Notes: generated by a model from the letters alone, not told the origin. A stretch of 64,000 nucleotides of DNA from Phaeosaccion multiseriatum (GCA_965112735.1 OZ218952.1:1178001-1242000), one strand, 5' to 3'; positions 12,604 through 25,339 are shown, counted from the stretch's first letter. Numbers and translations: made by a program.

Positions 12604-14860
12604 TTACCGTAATTCATCCCGCGAGTACTCTTCAATGACCTTCCGCTGCCAGTCGGCGTCTCTCGCCCCTCCTCCTCCTCTTCCTCCTGCCCCTGTTCCT
12701 CTTCCCCCCCCCCCCCCGGACTGTGCGCTGCTGGAGAGGGCGAAGGCTCCGTCCCTCACTCTATCCGCCCAGTCGTCCTCCCAGAAGGAGCTCACGTAGG
12801 GGTGCGCAAAGGTGGAGTGTGGACAGCAAGAAGAAGAAGAAGGAGAAGACGAAGAGGGAGGAGGACGAGGAGGACAAGTAGTAGAAGGAGGAGGGGGGGG
12901 AGGAGAAGAAGAGGTGGAAGGAGGAGGAGGAGGAGGAGGAGGAGGAGAAGGAGGAGAAGTAGAAGGAGACGAAGGTGGTCCGTGGCCCTCAGCCGCAGTG
13001 GAGGCATCGGGCGGGTGTGTCCAGTAGTTCAGCGCCATATGCCCACCGCCGTCGGAGTCAGCAATCGAGGTCACCTGCGGGAAGAGGGGTGAAAGGGAGG
13101 AAGGGTTGGGGGCGAGGTGGTCCGGACAGAATCAGAGGGAAGAAGGGGTTTGCTTGGGGAGGGGCGGCTTCGTCTAATCCATCTCCTTCCCTTGTCTCCC
13201 TCCATCTGCCTCTTTCTCTCCCTCCCTCTCCTTCCCTTTCTCCCTCCATCTGCCTCTTTCTCTCCCTCTCTCTCCTTCCCTTCTCTCCCTCCATCTGCCT
13301 CCTCCTCTCCCTCCCTCTCTCTCTCTTCTCGGTCCTCTCCCTCTCACAGTCCCATTCCCTTTGCTTCTTCTCGCTCGACACAAAGAGGCACTCAAGGCTC
13401 TGCCCTGGACTGAGGAAGGAGACGAAGCCTTCACGACACCGGAGAGCCGAAGCCAGCAAGCAGCAGGAATTGACCAAAAGCACGAAAGCCCGCACCCCCC
13501 CATCCCGGTGGTGAAAGCAAAACGCTGAGCAAAGCCAAGTAACGGAAGCCCCCCCTCCTCACCTCGTGAAAGAAGCCTGCAGGCAAGTAAAGCATCTGCC
13601 CTGCCCGCACCTCTATCGTCGCTCCCGTGGCCGTTGCGAAGAGGGGAAACTGCTCCGCTATCTCGGCCTCGGAAGGCGTCCTCCCACCACCACCACCACT
13701 GCCGCTGCCACTGCTGCTGCTGCTGCTGCTGCTGCTCGCGGTGGTGGTGGTGCCTCCTCCTGAATCGGGTGCTGGCTCGGCACCGCTGCTGCCCCCGCTG
13801 CTCTCCCCCCCGTCTCCTCTCGCCTTCTTGCGAGCCTTCCCCTCCTGCGCCTCCTGCCCCTCCTGCGTGTCACTTTCATCACGCGGGTCCCCACCACCAC
13901 CACCACCACCACGTACAGCCCGATAACTCGCATCCGCTCGATCTGCACGCACGCTCGCACCCACAACGCGGCTGAAATTGTCTGGGAGGGCTTTGGTTTG
14001 CGGGGTGACGTCCACTGAATCTCCCACTCCCGACGCCCTCGCCGCTGCGCCTTCCCCCACTCCTCCCCCCCCTCCTAGCCTACCATCGATCCCGCCGTTC
14101 TCCCCTTCCTCCTCCTCCTCTTCCTCCTCCTCCTTCTCCTCCTCATCATCGTCGTCATCGTCGTCGTCTCCGTACGCACCCCCGAATCCGCCCCCCTCCT
14201 CCCCCTCACACTCGGCCTCTAGAACGGCCTCAAGAGCTTCCTCGAGCTTCTCCTCCGCCTCCTCCAGCCTCTGAGCCGCCTTCTGCCTCCTCTCGTCCAA
14301 TGCAGCAGCAGCAGCAGCCGTTGGTGATACAGCGGCACTGGCACCCGTACTGGCAATGGCGTCCGTCAGGGCCTGTTGGCACTTATCCACCTCTCTCTCC
14401 GCCTGGTCCTTGAGCTTAGCAGCGGCGACGCAGCGATCAGCGGACAGGTGGGCCCCGTCCGCCCTTGTGGGCTCGCCCCTGTAGTTGATGCGCCCATTGC
14501 AGTGTACCCTCTCCAAGTCGCCACGGGTGTACATCTTCAAAGCGTCCGCGGGACTGTAGATTCTGTTTGGGGAGGAGAGGAGAGGATGGCAGTGGATGGA
14601 TGCATGCATGGATGCGTGGGTGGACGTGGAGGCGACTCCCAGATCTCTCTCCATCTCCTTCTCCTGCTCATCATCCCCTGTTCCTTCTCATGCCTCTTCC
14701 TGCAAGATGCAGTGATTGCGTTCGATCGACGCCATCAATTTGAAGTAGCGAACGCTAATGAAGAAGGAAGCACCACCCCAAGGGGATATGACCAGCGCAC
14801 CATGCACCTTCCTCGAGTCGGTCGCCAAAGGCCCTCCTCTGTTACGCCGACAGCAGCGCC

Positions 14861-14894
<34 letters not shown>

Positions 14895-16332
14895 CGCGCG
14901 AAGCGAAGCCAAGCCCTCTCACCTGAAGCGCTTCCTCCCCCTCAGCAGGATGTAGAGATTGTCGTGGTGGTCGTGGTGAAGGCCGGAAGTGGAGGCCCCG
15001 CCCACGCCTCCCTTGTTCACGCCCATCCAGAGGTTGATGTTTTGAGGCACCAGGCCGCCCAGTAGCGAGGGGCGGAGGGGAAAGTCATCCACGAGCTCTG
15101 CCACGGGAGAGCTGATGATGGAGGGACGGCCGAGTACGTCACAGGACAAGTCCTTTGAGGGGGGGGGGCGGGACAAAGGGTTGGGGTTGGTGAGCATCAC
15201 AATGGGCGTCACACAGAGCGCGTTGGTGTGCGTGTGTGACCTCCCTTCAGTCGCTCCTGCTGGCCCCCTTCCGACGCGGCTCGGTCACTCGGTCACTCAC
15301 TCACTCTCACTTACTCACTCACTAACTCACTCACTCACTCACTCACTCACTCACTCACTCACTCACTCACTCACTCACTCACTCACTCATTCACTCACTT
15401 ACTCACTCACCCACTCAGTCACTCACTCAGTCACTGTCACTCACTCACTCACTCACACACTCACTCACTCACACACTTACTTACTCACTCACTCACTCAA
15501 TGACTCATTCACCCACCCACCAACCCACCCGCCCGCTCCGATGCATGTGTATCGGACTGCTGATAGCATTCTTGAGTCCTACACTCACTCACCTGAGTTG
15601 TGAGGTACAAGAGGTCGTTGCCCGCCTCCATGGCTTCGAGAAATCGGCCCATAGTCATGACCTTCTCCTTTCCCTGCCCGAATGGTTCCGTTGGGCTGTC
15701 GCGATACTCCACTCGGACCTTTGCTTTGCCCACCTATGGGAGGGCAATAGATTGCGCAGGAGACGAGATGCAGCCCCAGGACGACGAGAGAGGTTGGACG
15801 AAGGATCGACGAGGGAAGGGACCAGCAGCTCAACGCGAAAGGGGAGAAGCAGCAGCAGCGGATGAGGAGGAGGAGGAGAGGAGGAGGAGGAGGAGGAGGA
15901 GGAGGAGGAGGAGGAGGAGAGGAGGAGGAGGAGGAGGAGGAGGAGGAGGAGGAGGAGGAGGAGGAGGAGGAAGAGGAGGAAGAGGAGGAGGAGGAGGAGG
16001 AGGAGGAGGAGGAGGAGGACTCTCTATCGCCTCTTCGTCCCATCTCTACCACACACCTTGTCTTTCATGTAGTCGTTCGTCCACCGCCCTGCCTTCCACG
16101 CTGCTTCTCTGAGGTGCCCGTCAAGGAGCACAGGCCGCCGCTTCGCCACATACTCTCCATAGAACACCTCGGGCGTTAGGGAATCCATGTCAACGGCAGT
16201 ACCTAAGCTGTGCTCATCATCTGGGGGAATCACGTACCCACGATAGTGGTTCTCGCCTCCTTGCAGGACCTTGCCTTCTCCTGAATCCAATGAATCCAAT
16301 CCCTCCTCCCTTTTCCGTTTGCCAGTGGGCAT
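12604..16332 (-). CDS. JmjC (cupin-like) 2-oxoglutarate/Fe(II) oxygenase, 5 exons
   Basis: FYGEYVAKRRPVLL; NINLWMG...SGLHHDHHDNLYILLRGRKRFR (HxD); GQMLYLPAGFFHEV (distal His); GHMALNYWTHPP. Confidence 0.9.
15285..15500. repeat. (CACT)n microsatellite in a JmjC intron; similar tract at about 48736-48835
   Basis: Directly visible. Confidence 0.93.
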
Positions 16333-16559
16333 CTTCTGCGTGACCAGCAGGAGGAGCAGGGAGCAGAAAAAAAAGGAGGGGAGCGAGAGGGGGAAGAAGG
16401 GAAGATCGCTCGCTCGTGTGTGTGTGTGTTAATTTTTCGTTGCTTCGCGCGCCAAGCCAATCAAGCCAAGGGGAAGGGCTTTATTGACTTAATTGGATTC
16501 GTGGATTCAGGATCTAAGGGTTGGCGACGGCGGGAGATGACATAATCTTTCACACTTTA

Positions 16560-19500
16560 ATGCAGAGCCGAGGAGAGGAAGCGGACGAGAGCGGAAGTGA
16601 GGAAGATCATGATGATGAAGGGGTGTTGGCCGTCCGGCTGGTGCTGGCGGGGAGAGCAGCCTCTCGTGAAGGCAATTTCGGGCAGGCTGTCAACGACCAG
16701 TTCCAAGCACTGCAGCTGGTGCCGGAGTTCGCGACTGATCTGGAGGAAGACCTCTGCCTCTCTCTGGACCGCTACACGGCGGAACTCGTGAAAGCTGGCT
16801 ACAGCGAGGAGGCCTGTTGGCTCTACCGCAAAGCGCTGTCATTTGTGCCCTGCTCAAACTCATCCTTCGCCATCACGCTGAGCACGCAATTGGCAGGACT
16901 GCTCCACGCTGCTGGGAAGCAAGCGGAAGCATTGGCCACCCTCTCCTCGGTGGTAGTGGGTCAAGGGGCGGCCAATGGAGAGGAAGAGGAAGAGAGGGCG
17001 AATAGCTCGGGCGCACGTTGCAAGGAGGCCATTCGCCTGGCGAGAGAGAGCCTCGAGAATGCCAAAGCCTCTGCGTGTGAGCGGTGGCACTTCAGAATGC
17101 TCAACGACGCGAAGAGGTGCGTCGTCGTACACAGGACCAGAAGTACTCCGAGATGCCTCTCTTATGAAACATGTTGTACTTTGCGATAGGGTTACAACCA
17201 CCCCTCCTGCCTCTCTCACCCTCCACTCACATTATTCGCCACTTCTGCGGATGCCCCCTCTGTTCAGAAACGCTGCCTATGACAGTGCCATTCGGGAGGC
17301 AGTGGGGAGGGCGAAAGAGCGAGGAGTGGGTCACGTTCAAGTCCTCGACATTGGCACGGGGTAAGTGAGTGCTTTGAGTGGAAGTATTGGGCTTATGGCT
17401 TTGCAAGCCCCACCCCCGGAGTCAGTGCTTTCATCTCCATGGTATCTGTGAACGTGAGCCCCCCCTGGCCCCTCCTCAAAACGCTCTGCCATCGCTGGCC
17501 TCAAACATCCATTGCGTGCACACCCTAATGGTTTAGTATCTGTCGCCCTACCCTAATCCATTCATCTCATCTCTTTCGTCTCCCGTCTCTCGTCTCTCGT
17601 CTCTCCTCTCTCTTCTCTCTTCTTTCGCCGCCGTCGTATCTACCTGCCTACCTACCAACACACATACCGCACGCACCAAATCACAGCACAGGGCTGTTGG
17701 CCATGATGGCCGTCCGAGCGGGAGCATCCCACGTGTACGCGTGTGAGATCAACGAGGTGCTGTGCGGGGTGGCGCGGCGCTGCATCAAGCTCAACGGTAT
17801 GGAAGGGCGCATCACTGTCCTACACAAGGTCTGTTTCAGTTTTAGTTGATGTACACCAATCAGTGAATGTCAGTCAAGAAAGAATCAACATGTGGGGATA
17901 GGTCTGGTCTGTGGGCTTGAACAACGAAAGACCAGTCTGAAATGGCCCACCAATGGCCTACGAGTTCCCATTGCTCACCCTCGCAGCACGTCACTTCCTC
18001 TTGCCTCCCCTCGCGTTATTCAGTCCTCCCTAGACCTCCACTGTCGTACGGAAGGAGGACGAGGAGGAGGAGGAGATCTGCCCCCCGGTGGAGTGCACCT
18101 AATTGTGACTGAACTTGTGGACTCAGGCCTGCTGGGGGAGAGCATCGTGCCCACACTCAGGTGAGGGTTGGGTGGTTGGGTGGTTGGTTGGGTGAATGGT
18201 TGGTTCGTTGGTTGGGAATGGTTGTTTGGCTGGTCGGGGCTCCTCCTCCTTTGCAGGGCAAGGGGCGCACAGGGCAGTCTCATTTTGACATTTTCTGAGA
18301 CTCTATCTAGCCCCGCCAGCTCTTTCCCTCGATACGCACGCCTGTGCTGGCATATGTCTCATCGACGTCCTTGTGTGTGTGTGTGTGCTCTGTTTGGACA
18401 GACACGCGGTGGCGTCTGGCCTTTTGGCTCCCGGTGGGCAGGTCATCCCTTCGCATGCGGTTACTTCCGCCGCTCTGCTCGAATCTGAGGACATCCGACG
18501 GCGCTCAGCCCTCCTCCTCTCGCCTCCTGCCCCCAGGAAGAAGAAGAAGGGAAAGAAGGAGGGGGACGAGGAGGAGGAGGAGGAGGAGGAGAAAGACGCC
18601 GGTGGTGGCTGCTGTGGAAGTGGTGGAAGTGGGCAGCAGCATGGGGGGCGGCATGGGGCAAGGCATGGCAGCGACGACTCCTCCTGGTGCGGGCGTTATC
18701 TGCAAGTGCGTTTGGACGAGCACTACACTTGCGAGGCCCTCTCTCAGTTGCCCCACAGGCTGCTCACTGCACCCGCCGAGGTAGGTGGGTGGGTTTGGTG
18801 GTGTAGGCGTGTAGGTACAGTTGTTTAGAGATGAGCATTCCTCACCCCCCCCCTCCCCCTGCGGGTTTCTCCCTCCTTGTAAATTGTCCCGTCTCTCCCG
18901 TCTCTCCACAGGCCGAAATCCACTTTCTTTCATCTGAAGAAGACGCTCCACCCCCTCCTGCAGCGGTTCTTCGCGTCCTGACACCTGGCCACTTGGACGG
19001 CGTGGTGACATGGTTCACTCTCTTCCTAGACGAGGAGGGAAAACACAGGTAAATGAGAACCGTATAATATATGTACGTATGGCGCGCTCTCTCTCTCTTA
19101 CCTATCTCCTCTTTCTCTCTCTCTCTCTCCGCCCTCGGAAAACACAGGTAAATGAGAACCGTATAATATATGTACGTATGGCGCGCTCTCTCTCTCTTAC
19201 CTATCTCCTCTTTCTCTCTCTCTCTCTCCGCCCTCTCTCCCTCTCTCTCCCTTCACTCTCTAAGGATAAGCACCGCCCCACGAATGGCAACATCAGCACC
19301 ACCGCCACCACCTACCACAGAAGAGAATGGCCCTGGATGTCAGGATGTAGTCTCTGAGCAGCGGCAGCCCACTCAAGTACCCCAAGTACAGGTAGTGAGC
19401 GGCTGGGATCAGGCCATTCACTTCCTGCATGAGCCGGGCAAGCTTCTTCTTGCTCGGGGGGAGGAGGTGGTTCTCCGGCTGGGCATGGCGGGCCATTTGC

Positions 19501-20487
19501 AGGACAGCTTAACTGTCCACCTTCAGTGCTCGGCCTCAGGTGCCACGGCCTCCACCACCAACCTACCTTCGCCTTTGCCCTTGTCCTTACCCTCACCCCG
19601 TGGGTACAGCGCCACCAGGGACAGTAACTTGATACCATGTAACACGGCTATGGAGGAGGAGGAGGAGGAGGAGGAGGAGGAGGAGGAGGAGGAGGAGGAG
19701 GAGGAGGAGGAGGAGGAAAAAGAAGAAGAGAGACCAGGGGGCCAACGGGGAGGGCAAGTGGGAGGGGGGAGGGGGGGTCGAGCAGCACCGGACAAGGAGT
19801 CTGAAGAAAGTGTGGAGCTGCCTACTGCCTCGCCCCTCTTGATTGGAGAGATGGACTTTGCTATGCTCAACGATATCCCTCTGCGAGAAGCCTATCTCCG
19901 CGCTCTGATGGCCGCCACAGCAGCAACAGCAGGAGCAGGAGCAACAGCAACAGCAACAGTAGAGTCAGAGTGTCAGGACCAAGAGGGCCACGTTCACGAC
20001 AGCAGCGAGGTTCACGAGCCCAAGAACAAGGAGGAGAAGATGACGAAGGAGAAGCAGGAGCAGCAGCCCCATGGCTCTTGGCTCATGGACTTATCGGAAG
20101 GGCTAAGTGTTTCCTCAGCGATTCTGGCGGCTGCGAGTCCTGGTCTGTTGAGCGGCGGCTGTGGTGAGGGTGATGGCAAGGGGGGCGTTATATTGTGCAG
20201 CGCGTCTGAAGGAGGTGGAGGTGGAGGAGGAGAAGGAGCAGGAGGAGGGGAAGGGGGAGCAGGAGGAGGAGGAACAGAGGGAGGGGGGGAAGGGGGAAGG
20301 GGAGGAAGAAGCATCAGCAGAAGTCACGAAGCGACCGTCCGGGGAGCATTGACCAAAGCCCATCATCGGAAGGCCCGCGAGGAGCGAGGGCAGACCATGG
20401 ACAGAGAGCGAGGAGAGCGAGGCCTGCGCCCCGAGAGAGGCACTACTGACCTCTTCGTAGCGACCACCACCTCTTGTCTCACGAGGG

Positions 20488-20529
<42 letters not shown>

Positions 20530-22086
20530 TTGGTGATATAGCAGCAGCCGCAAGGGGAGGGGGGTGGGCTTCATCTCCCCATGGTCATGGTGGCGGTGAT
20601 GGTGATGGTGAAGATCTCTGCAGAGAGGGTAGCGACTCTCAAGCGGCGGCGGCAGGGGCAGCTACACCGTTGGTGCGGCAGGCGCTGCTGGAGGGAGTCA
20701 AGTTGTTGATCATGTCTGACTTTGTGGAGGGGTCTGGCCTCATCCGGCAAGGCGCGCTCAAACAGCTCGCAGATGCCCGCCTCTGCCTGCGAGCCATCGC
20801 TGCTGCATCACCAACTGCTGCTGCGTCCACAGGCGGCGATGGAGCGGCGGTCAACGCAGACAGCCGGAGGAAAGGCCAGCACGAGGACGCAGCAGCAGGG
20901 GGGATGGTCGGCGAGAACAGCAGCAGCAGCAGCAGCAGCAGTACGGACAGCAGTGGTCGCAGTTGCGGTCCTCGTCCCCATGGGTCGGGGACACGGAGGC
21001 GACGAGGCCCTCTCATCGTGCCGAGCAGAGTCACCGCCATGCTGCAAGGCCTCCAGTGCCCTTCCCTGCTCCTTCAGCACCGGGTGAGAAGAGAGAAGAG
21101 AAGAGGAAGAGAAGAGCAGACCCTGTAGCTTGTAGCATGTGTGTGTATGTGTGTGTGTCTGTGAGTGTGTGTGCGTACTTTTGCTGCGGTCTCCCTCTGT
21201 TGCATGGTTGTACTGCACACCTCAGCCTTCTTTGAGGATTCGATGCTCCTTTGTGGACAACGCATTGAACACACCATCCACTCACGCCTCCTTTGTCCTT
21301 CTTCCTTTTGTTGTTGTTGCTGTTGTTGCTCTTATTGTTTTCGTGTGTATGTGTGTGTGTGTGTGTGTGTAGGTGGACGCGGTGAACACGGTGGGCCTGG
21401 ATGTGTCTCCGATCAACGACATGGGCGTGAAGGTGCTGCAAGAGGTGCGGTTGGGATGGCACGAGGGTGAAGGCCTGCGCTCGCCTGGTGGAGAGAAGGA
21501 GCAGGGCACAAGTGGTGGTGGGGATGGTGGTGGTCTAGTCGGGCTCACAGCCGTCACAGTTGGCAGCGTCCTTGACTTGCAGCAGCAGCAGCAACAGAGG
21601 CAGGATTCAGAGGAGGAGCAAGGCGAGGCGGAGCTGCTCCTCCCACCACCGGCCGAGGTTGATCTCAAGGTGACCCAGGGGGGTGTGCTGCATGCGATAG
21701 GGCTCTGGTGGGAGATGCTGCTATTCGCCGACGATGATGACCAGGATCAGGACGGAGGAGGAGACGACAGCAGCATCTCGGTGCGGACGTGGTGTGGTGT
21801 GGCGACAACGGCGGCGGCTGCTGTTACTGCTGATGGGGCTGGCACTGCTTCTCCCCTTCCTCCTCCTCCTCCTCCTCCTGCCACTGCTCCTGCTACTGCT
21901 ACTGCGACACCTGCAACAGCAAGCAAACGTGGAGGCGTCTGCTTCGATAGCGAGGGATGGTACCGGCAGGCTGTCCTTGTGATGGACCTGCCCCCGCCGC
22001 GAGTGGCCTGCGGGCAGACGGTCCGGGTGAGCGTGTCGTGGTCGGAGGGCGAAGGCCTCTTGCTCGGACCTGCGAGGGTTCTTTGA
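16560..22086 (+). CDS. PRMT9: Protein arginine methyltransferase, PRMT9-like (TPR-like N-terminus, two MTase modules), multi-exon
   Basis: [63 protein letters not shown]; WDQAI. The degenerate second module has MLNDIPLREAY...DFVEGSGLIRQ...WYRQAV. Confidence 0.82.
19038..19235 (+). repeat. Perfect 99-bp tandem duplication spanning an exon end and 5' splice site of the PRMT9-like gene
   Basis: GGAAAACACAG|GTAAATGAGAACCG...CCGCCCTC at 19038-19136 is repeated at 19137-19235. Confidence 0.95.
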
Positions 22087-22518
22087 TGAGCGAGAGAGAG
22101 AGAGGGAGTTGTTGCCCCCTTTATTCCACCCCTGATGCGCTATTGAGCTATTATATCGCCGATAGCTGCGCTATTGGCACGCATCAATAGCTGATGATAG
22201 CGTGACGGCTGATCCCTGACGCGCCATCTGCTGTCTGCTATCGCCGGCGGCCGATAGCATGCTAGAGAATGAGTCGATAGCACGTGAGGGGTCGTCTCCT
22301 GGTCCATATCGCGCCGGCTTAATACACTAACTTGGAGGAGGCTTTGGGGGGGGGTCGAGGCGGGGTCAGCCCCCGTGACCCTCACCAGGCGGTCCTCGTA
22401 CCAATTTCAATTTAGTGGCCCTCTTTCAAATGTTCTTCTTTCGCGAACCTCTCAAAGAGTGAGTTGTAAGCAAGCCCACAGCCCACAGCAGTGTGTGAAG
22501 CAGCAAGAGGAGGCTACC

Positions 22519-23994
22519 ATGGTTCCTGGGTCGTGGGTGCTGATCCCAGAGCTGCTCGTGTTCGTGGCTGTGGGGGTGCTGCTGCTGCTGGAGATCCTTG
22601 ACCTTAACGAGCTGATCGCGTGGGTTAGAGGATATATGGGCAGTGGGGATTTGGAGAGAGGTGGAAGTGGAAGCAGTCCTGGAGCAGAGATGCGACACCT
22701 TGTCCAGGGAGCTCTCGGGCTGTCCTGTTTCGCTCGTGCGGCGGTCATGCTGGCCGATATATTGGCCTTCGACCCTGGGGCCACCTATCGCCTCTTTCCA
22801 TGCCTCTGCTTCTTGTCCTCGTACAGCTTCATGGGTTTATTGTGGGCGCAGCTCTACTTCACGTCCATCGGGGTCAACAGTCTTTGGCTTCGTCCCGCTT
22901 TCTTATCTGGCATGGCCGTGCTCTACTTCGCCTTCTTGGTCGTGTGTATCTTTATGCTCACCTCCCCGTCAGAGAAGACTGCGCTCGCTGTCCACAAGGG
23001 CGTCTTGTACGGAAGTGGAACGGCGTACCTCGCGGTATTGGTCTTCCTTGTCTACTTTGGGGTGCGGGCGTCCATGGCGGCACAGAGAAAGGTGGAGGTG
23101 TTTCGGCGGATCCTCGCGCTCTGCGTGGTGTGCTGGGTTGTGGTTCTTGGTCGAGGAGTGCTCCTCTTGCTCTTCGCCGCCAAATACGAAAGCACCGTTG
23201 CGTTTGCGCAAGAGGAAGGCACGGCATGGTAAGTACGCTTGCCGGGCAGCTGATGTCTTCCATTCCGTTGTGATTGATTGTTTGACTTGATACTGCGAGG
23301 GGGCTCGACCTCGTAGGGATGGGAAGAGAGTTGAGTTACTTTTGAGGGAGGTTAGGAGGGGAGGAAACTTGCTCGCTAGTCAAAACTTTTTTTCGCGTTG
23401 TCGTGCTCTTACCAATTCAGCACGCAACGCACCACTTCCGTGTGAAATCTGCCATACCCCTCTCCCTGCCTCTCCCTCTCCGCCCCGACTGACTTGATTC
23501 CTCCAGGTACACACAGGAGCTGCTTATATCGGCGCTGCTGGAGGCGGTTCCCAGTGTGACCCTCTATATTCTCACCAAGCGACCCCGAAGCGCAGGCGGC
23601 GCCGGAGCTAACTCGGTGAGTGAGGGTCGTTTTGGAATATGTGGTGTGGTCAGTGAAAGTTTTCCAGCAGTGACGCTGGGCCCCTACTCAGTACTGCCGT
23701 ATCGATCGAAAAGCCAGCAAGCCACCAGCACGTGGTGTTCCGTCGCAGCCCATCCTACTCGCTGCTGCTGACGCTTCGCCTGTCCATTCACGCACTTGTT
23801 CCGCGGTTCTTCTTCCGTCTCTTCTTTTTCTTCTTCTTCCTCCTCCTTCGCTGCTGCGGCTGTAGGGCCGCGCTGCCCGCACATCAACGGGCAGCGCCTT
23901 CTTCCATCAGAAGCAACAAGTGGTAGGAGAAGGACGCTTCGCCCCGCCCTCGGCCTACGGAGCCACAGAGGGCTTCTTCGACGGGGAAAAATAA
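22519..23994 (+). CDS. THH1/TOM1/TOM3-like (DUF1084) multipass membrane protein; last exon tentative
   Basis: About 7 hydrophobic segments. FLSSYSFMGLLWAQLY and LLEAVPSVTLYILTK resemble the TOM1 motifs FFSTYxLLVLFWAEIY and VEILPSxLVLFILRK. Confidence 0.7.
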
Positions 23995-24312
23995 CCTCAC
24001 ACAAGCACCATACAATCCGTGCACTGAGAAAAGAGCTGCAGTGCTGTGGTGCGGGATTCTCGCTAGGTTGCGTCCAATGACTCGCTAGATTGGGTCCAAT
24101 CACTTGCTAGGTTGGGTCGAATCAGACAGCCGAGACAGGAATGGATAGTGGAGTCTGCTCATCGCAGCGTCGCCTTGGGCCTGTGTGGGTGGCCCCTCAA
24201 GGGGAGACGAGAGGCGGAAAGAAAGAAGGCGAGGGGACAAGCCTATTGCTGTCTCATCCCCGCTCCACCATACCAAGGTGTAATATATATATGAAGTATG
24301 ATCAACCCCTGA

Positions 24313-24420
24313 TACACTATCGCCCACATTCTCGATAGCGCGCTATCGGGCCCGATAGCGGATAGCGCGCCGGCTGGCGCCGGCGACAGCGGATAGCAAG
24401 TAACTATTAAGTCAATAAAT
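24313..24420. promoter_or_regulatory. GATAGC-rich palindromic module plus ATTAAGTCAATAAA upstream of BTAF1
   Basis: Perfect palindromes CGATAGCGCGCTATCG (24333-24348) and CGCTATCGGGCCCGATAGCG (24341-24360). Related blocks at about 22138-22282 and 59575-59700. Confidence 0.5.
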
Positions 24421-24580
24421 TATCCTGTGTTGGTGCTCCATTCACAGTTGGGTCTTGATCTCAACCTTTTTTTTCCATTCTTTTTGAGCTCTTCTCTCTC
24501 CTCCCTCTCGTAGTCCATAGTATTATCTCCCTTATGCCTGGTACACGCTGTCCGCACTGACAAGGGGGGTCAATAGCAGC

Positions 24581-25306
24581 ATGAGTGTTGCAGAGAGGAG
24601 GCAGGCAGAGCGCTTGCTATCTCTCGTCGCCGAAGGTTTGTGCCTCTCTCTGTGAATAAGCACACGCTGTAACTTAACCAGTGGCAGGTTCGCGCTGTCC
24701 TAAGCCTGACGACCACCGTTAATTGTCTGAAGGGATAACGCGTGCTCGACTTCTCCCCCCCCCCGCCATCCTTCCACTACTTCCTCCCTCTACCTACAGG
24801 GGAGCGGCGACAGGTCGGTCTGATCACTCGGCGGCTCAAAGAAGTCCTGATCAGCAGCAGGGCCAGCGGAGACAGCCGAGACGCGAGCCTCACCCAAGAT
24901 GTGCTGTGCAAGCTAGCCATCCTGCTTCAAAGCCAGGTGAGGGGAGAGAGAGAGAGCGAGAGAGGGAGCGAGCGAGAGAGGCCAGGGGGTTGAGGGCAGA
25001 GAAACACCCGTTAGGGGGGGGGTTAGGCTTCAGAGTCAGGTGAGGACGGAGAGTCACAGGCAATTGTGAGAATGAGGCGGGATACGCGAGGCGAAGGAAG
25101 TCAGACAGGTGCCACACTGAGTGCCCATAGAATGACACATCCTTCCTTGTGAGGCACGCCCACACCCCCACCCCCCCGCTGCCCTGTTGCTCTATCTTCT
25201 ACGGCAGGAGTGGGCCGTGCGATCGTTGGCGGCGGATGCTCTAGAAGCTCTGGTGCTTGTGGTCTCCTCAGAGTCCTCTCAGCTCTTCTCGGCCTCGCTC
25301 AACAGC

Positions 25307-25339
<33 letters not shown>

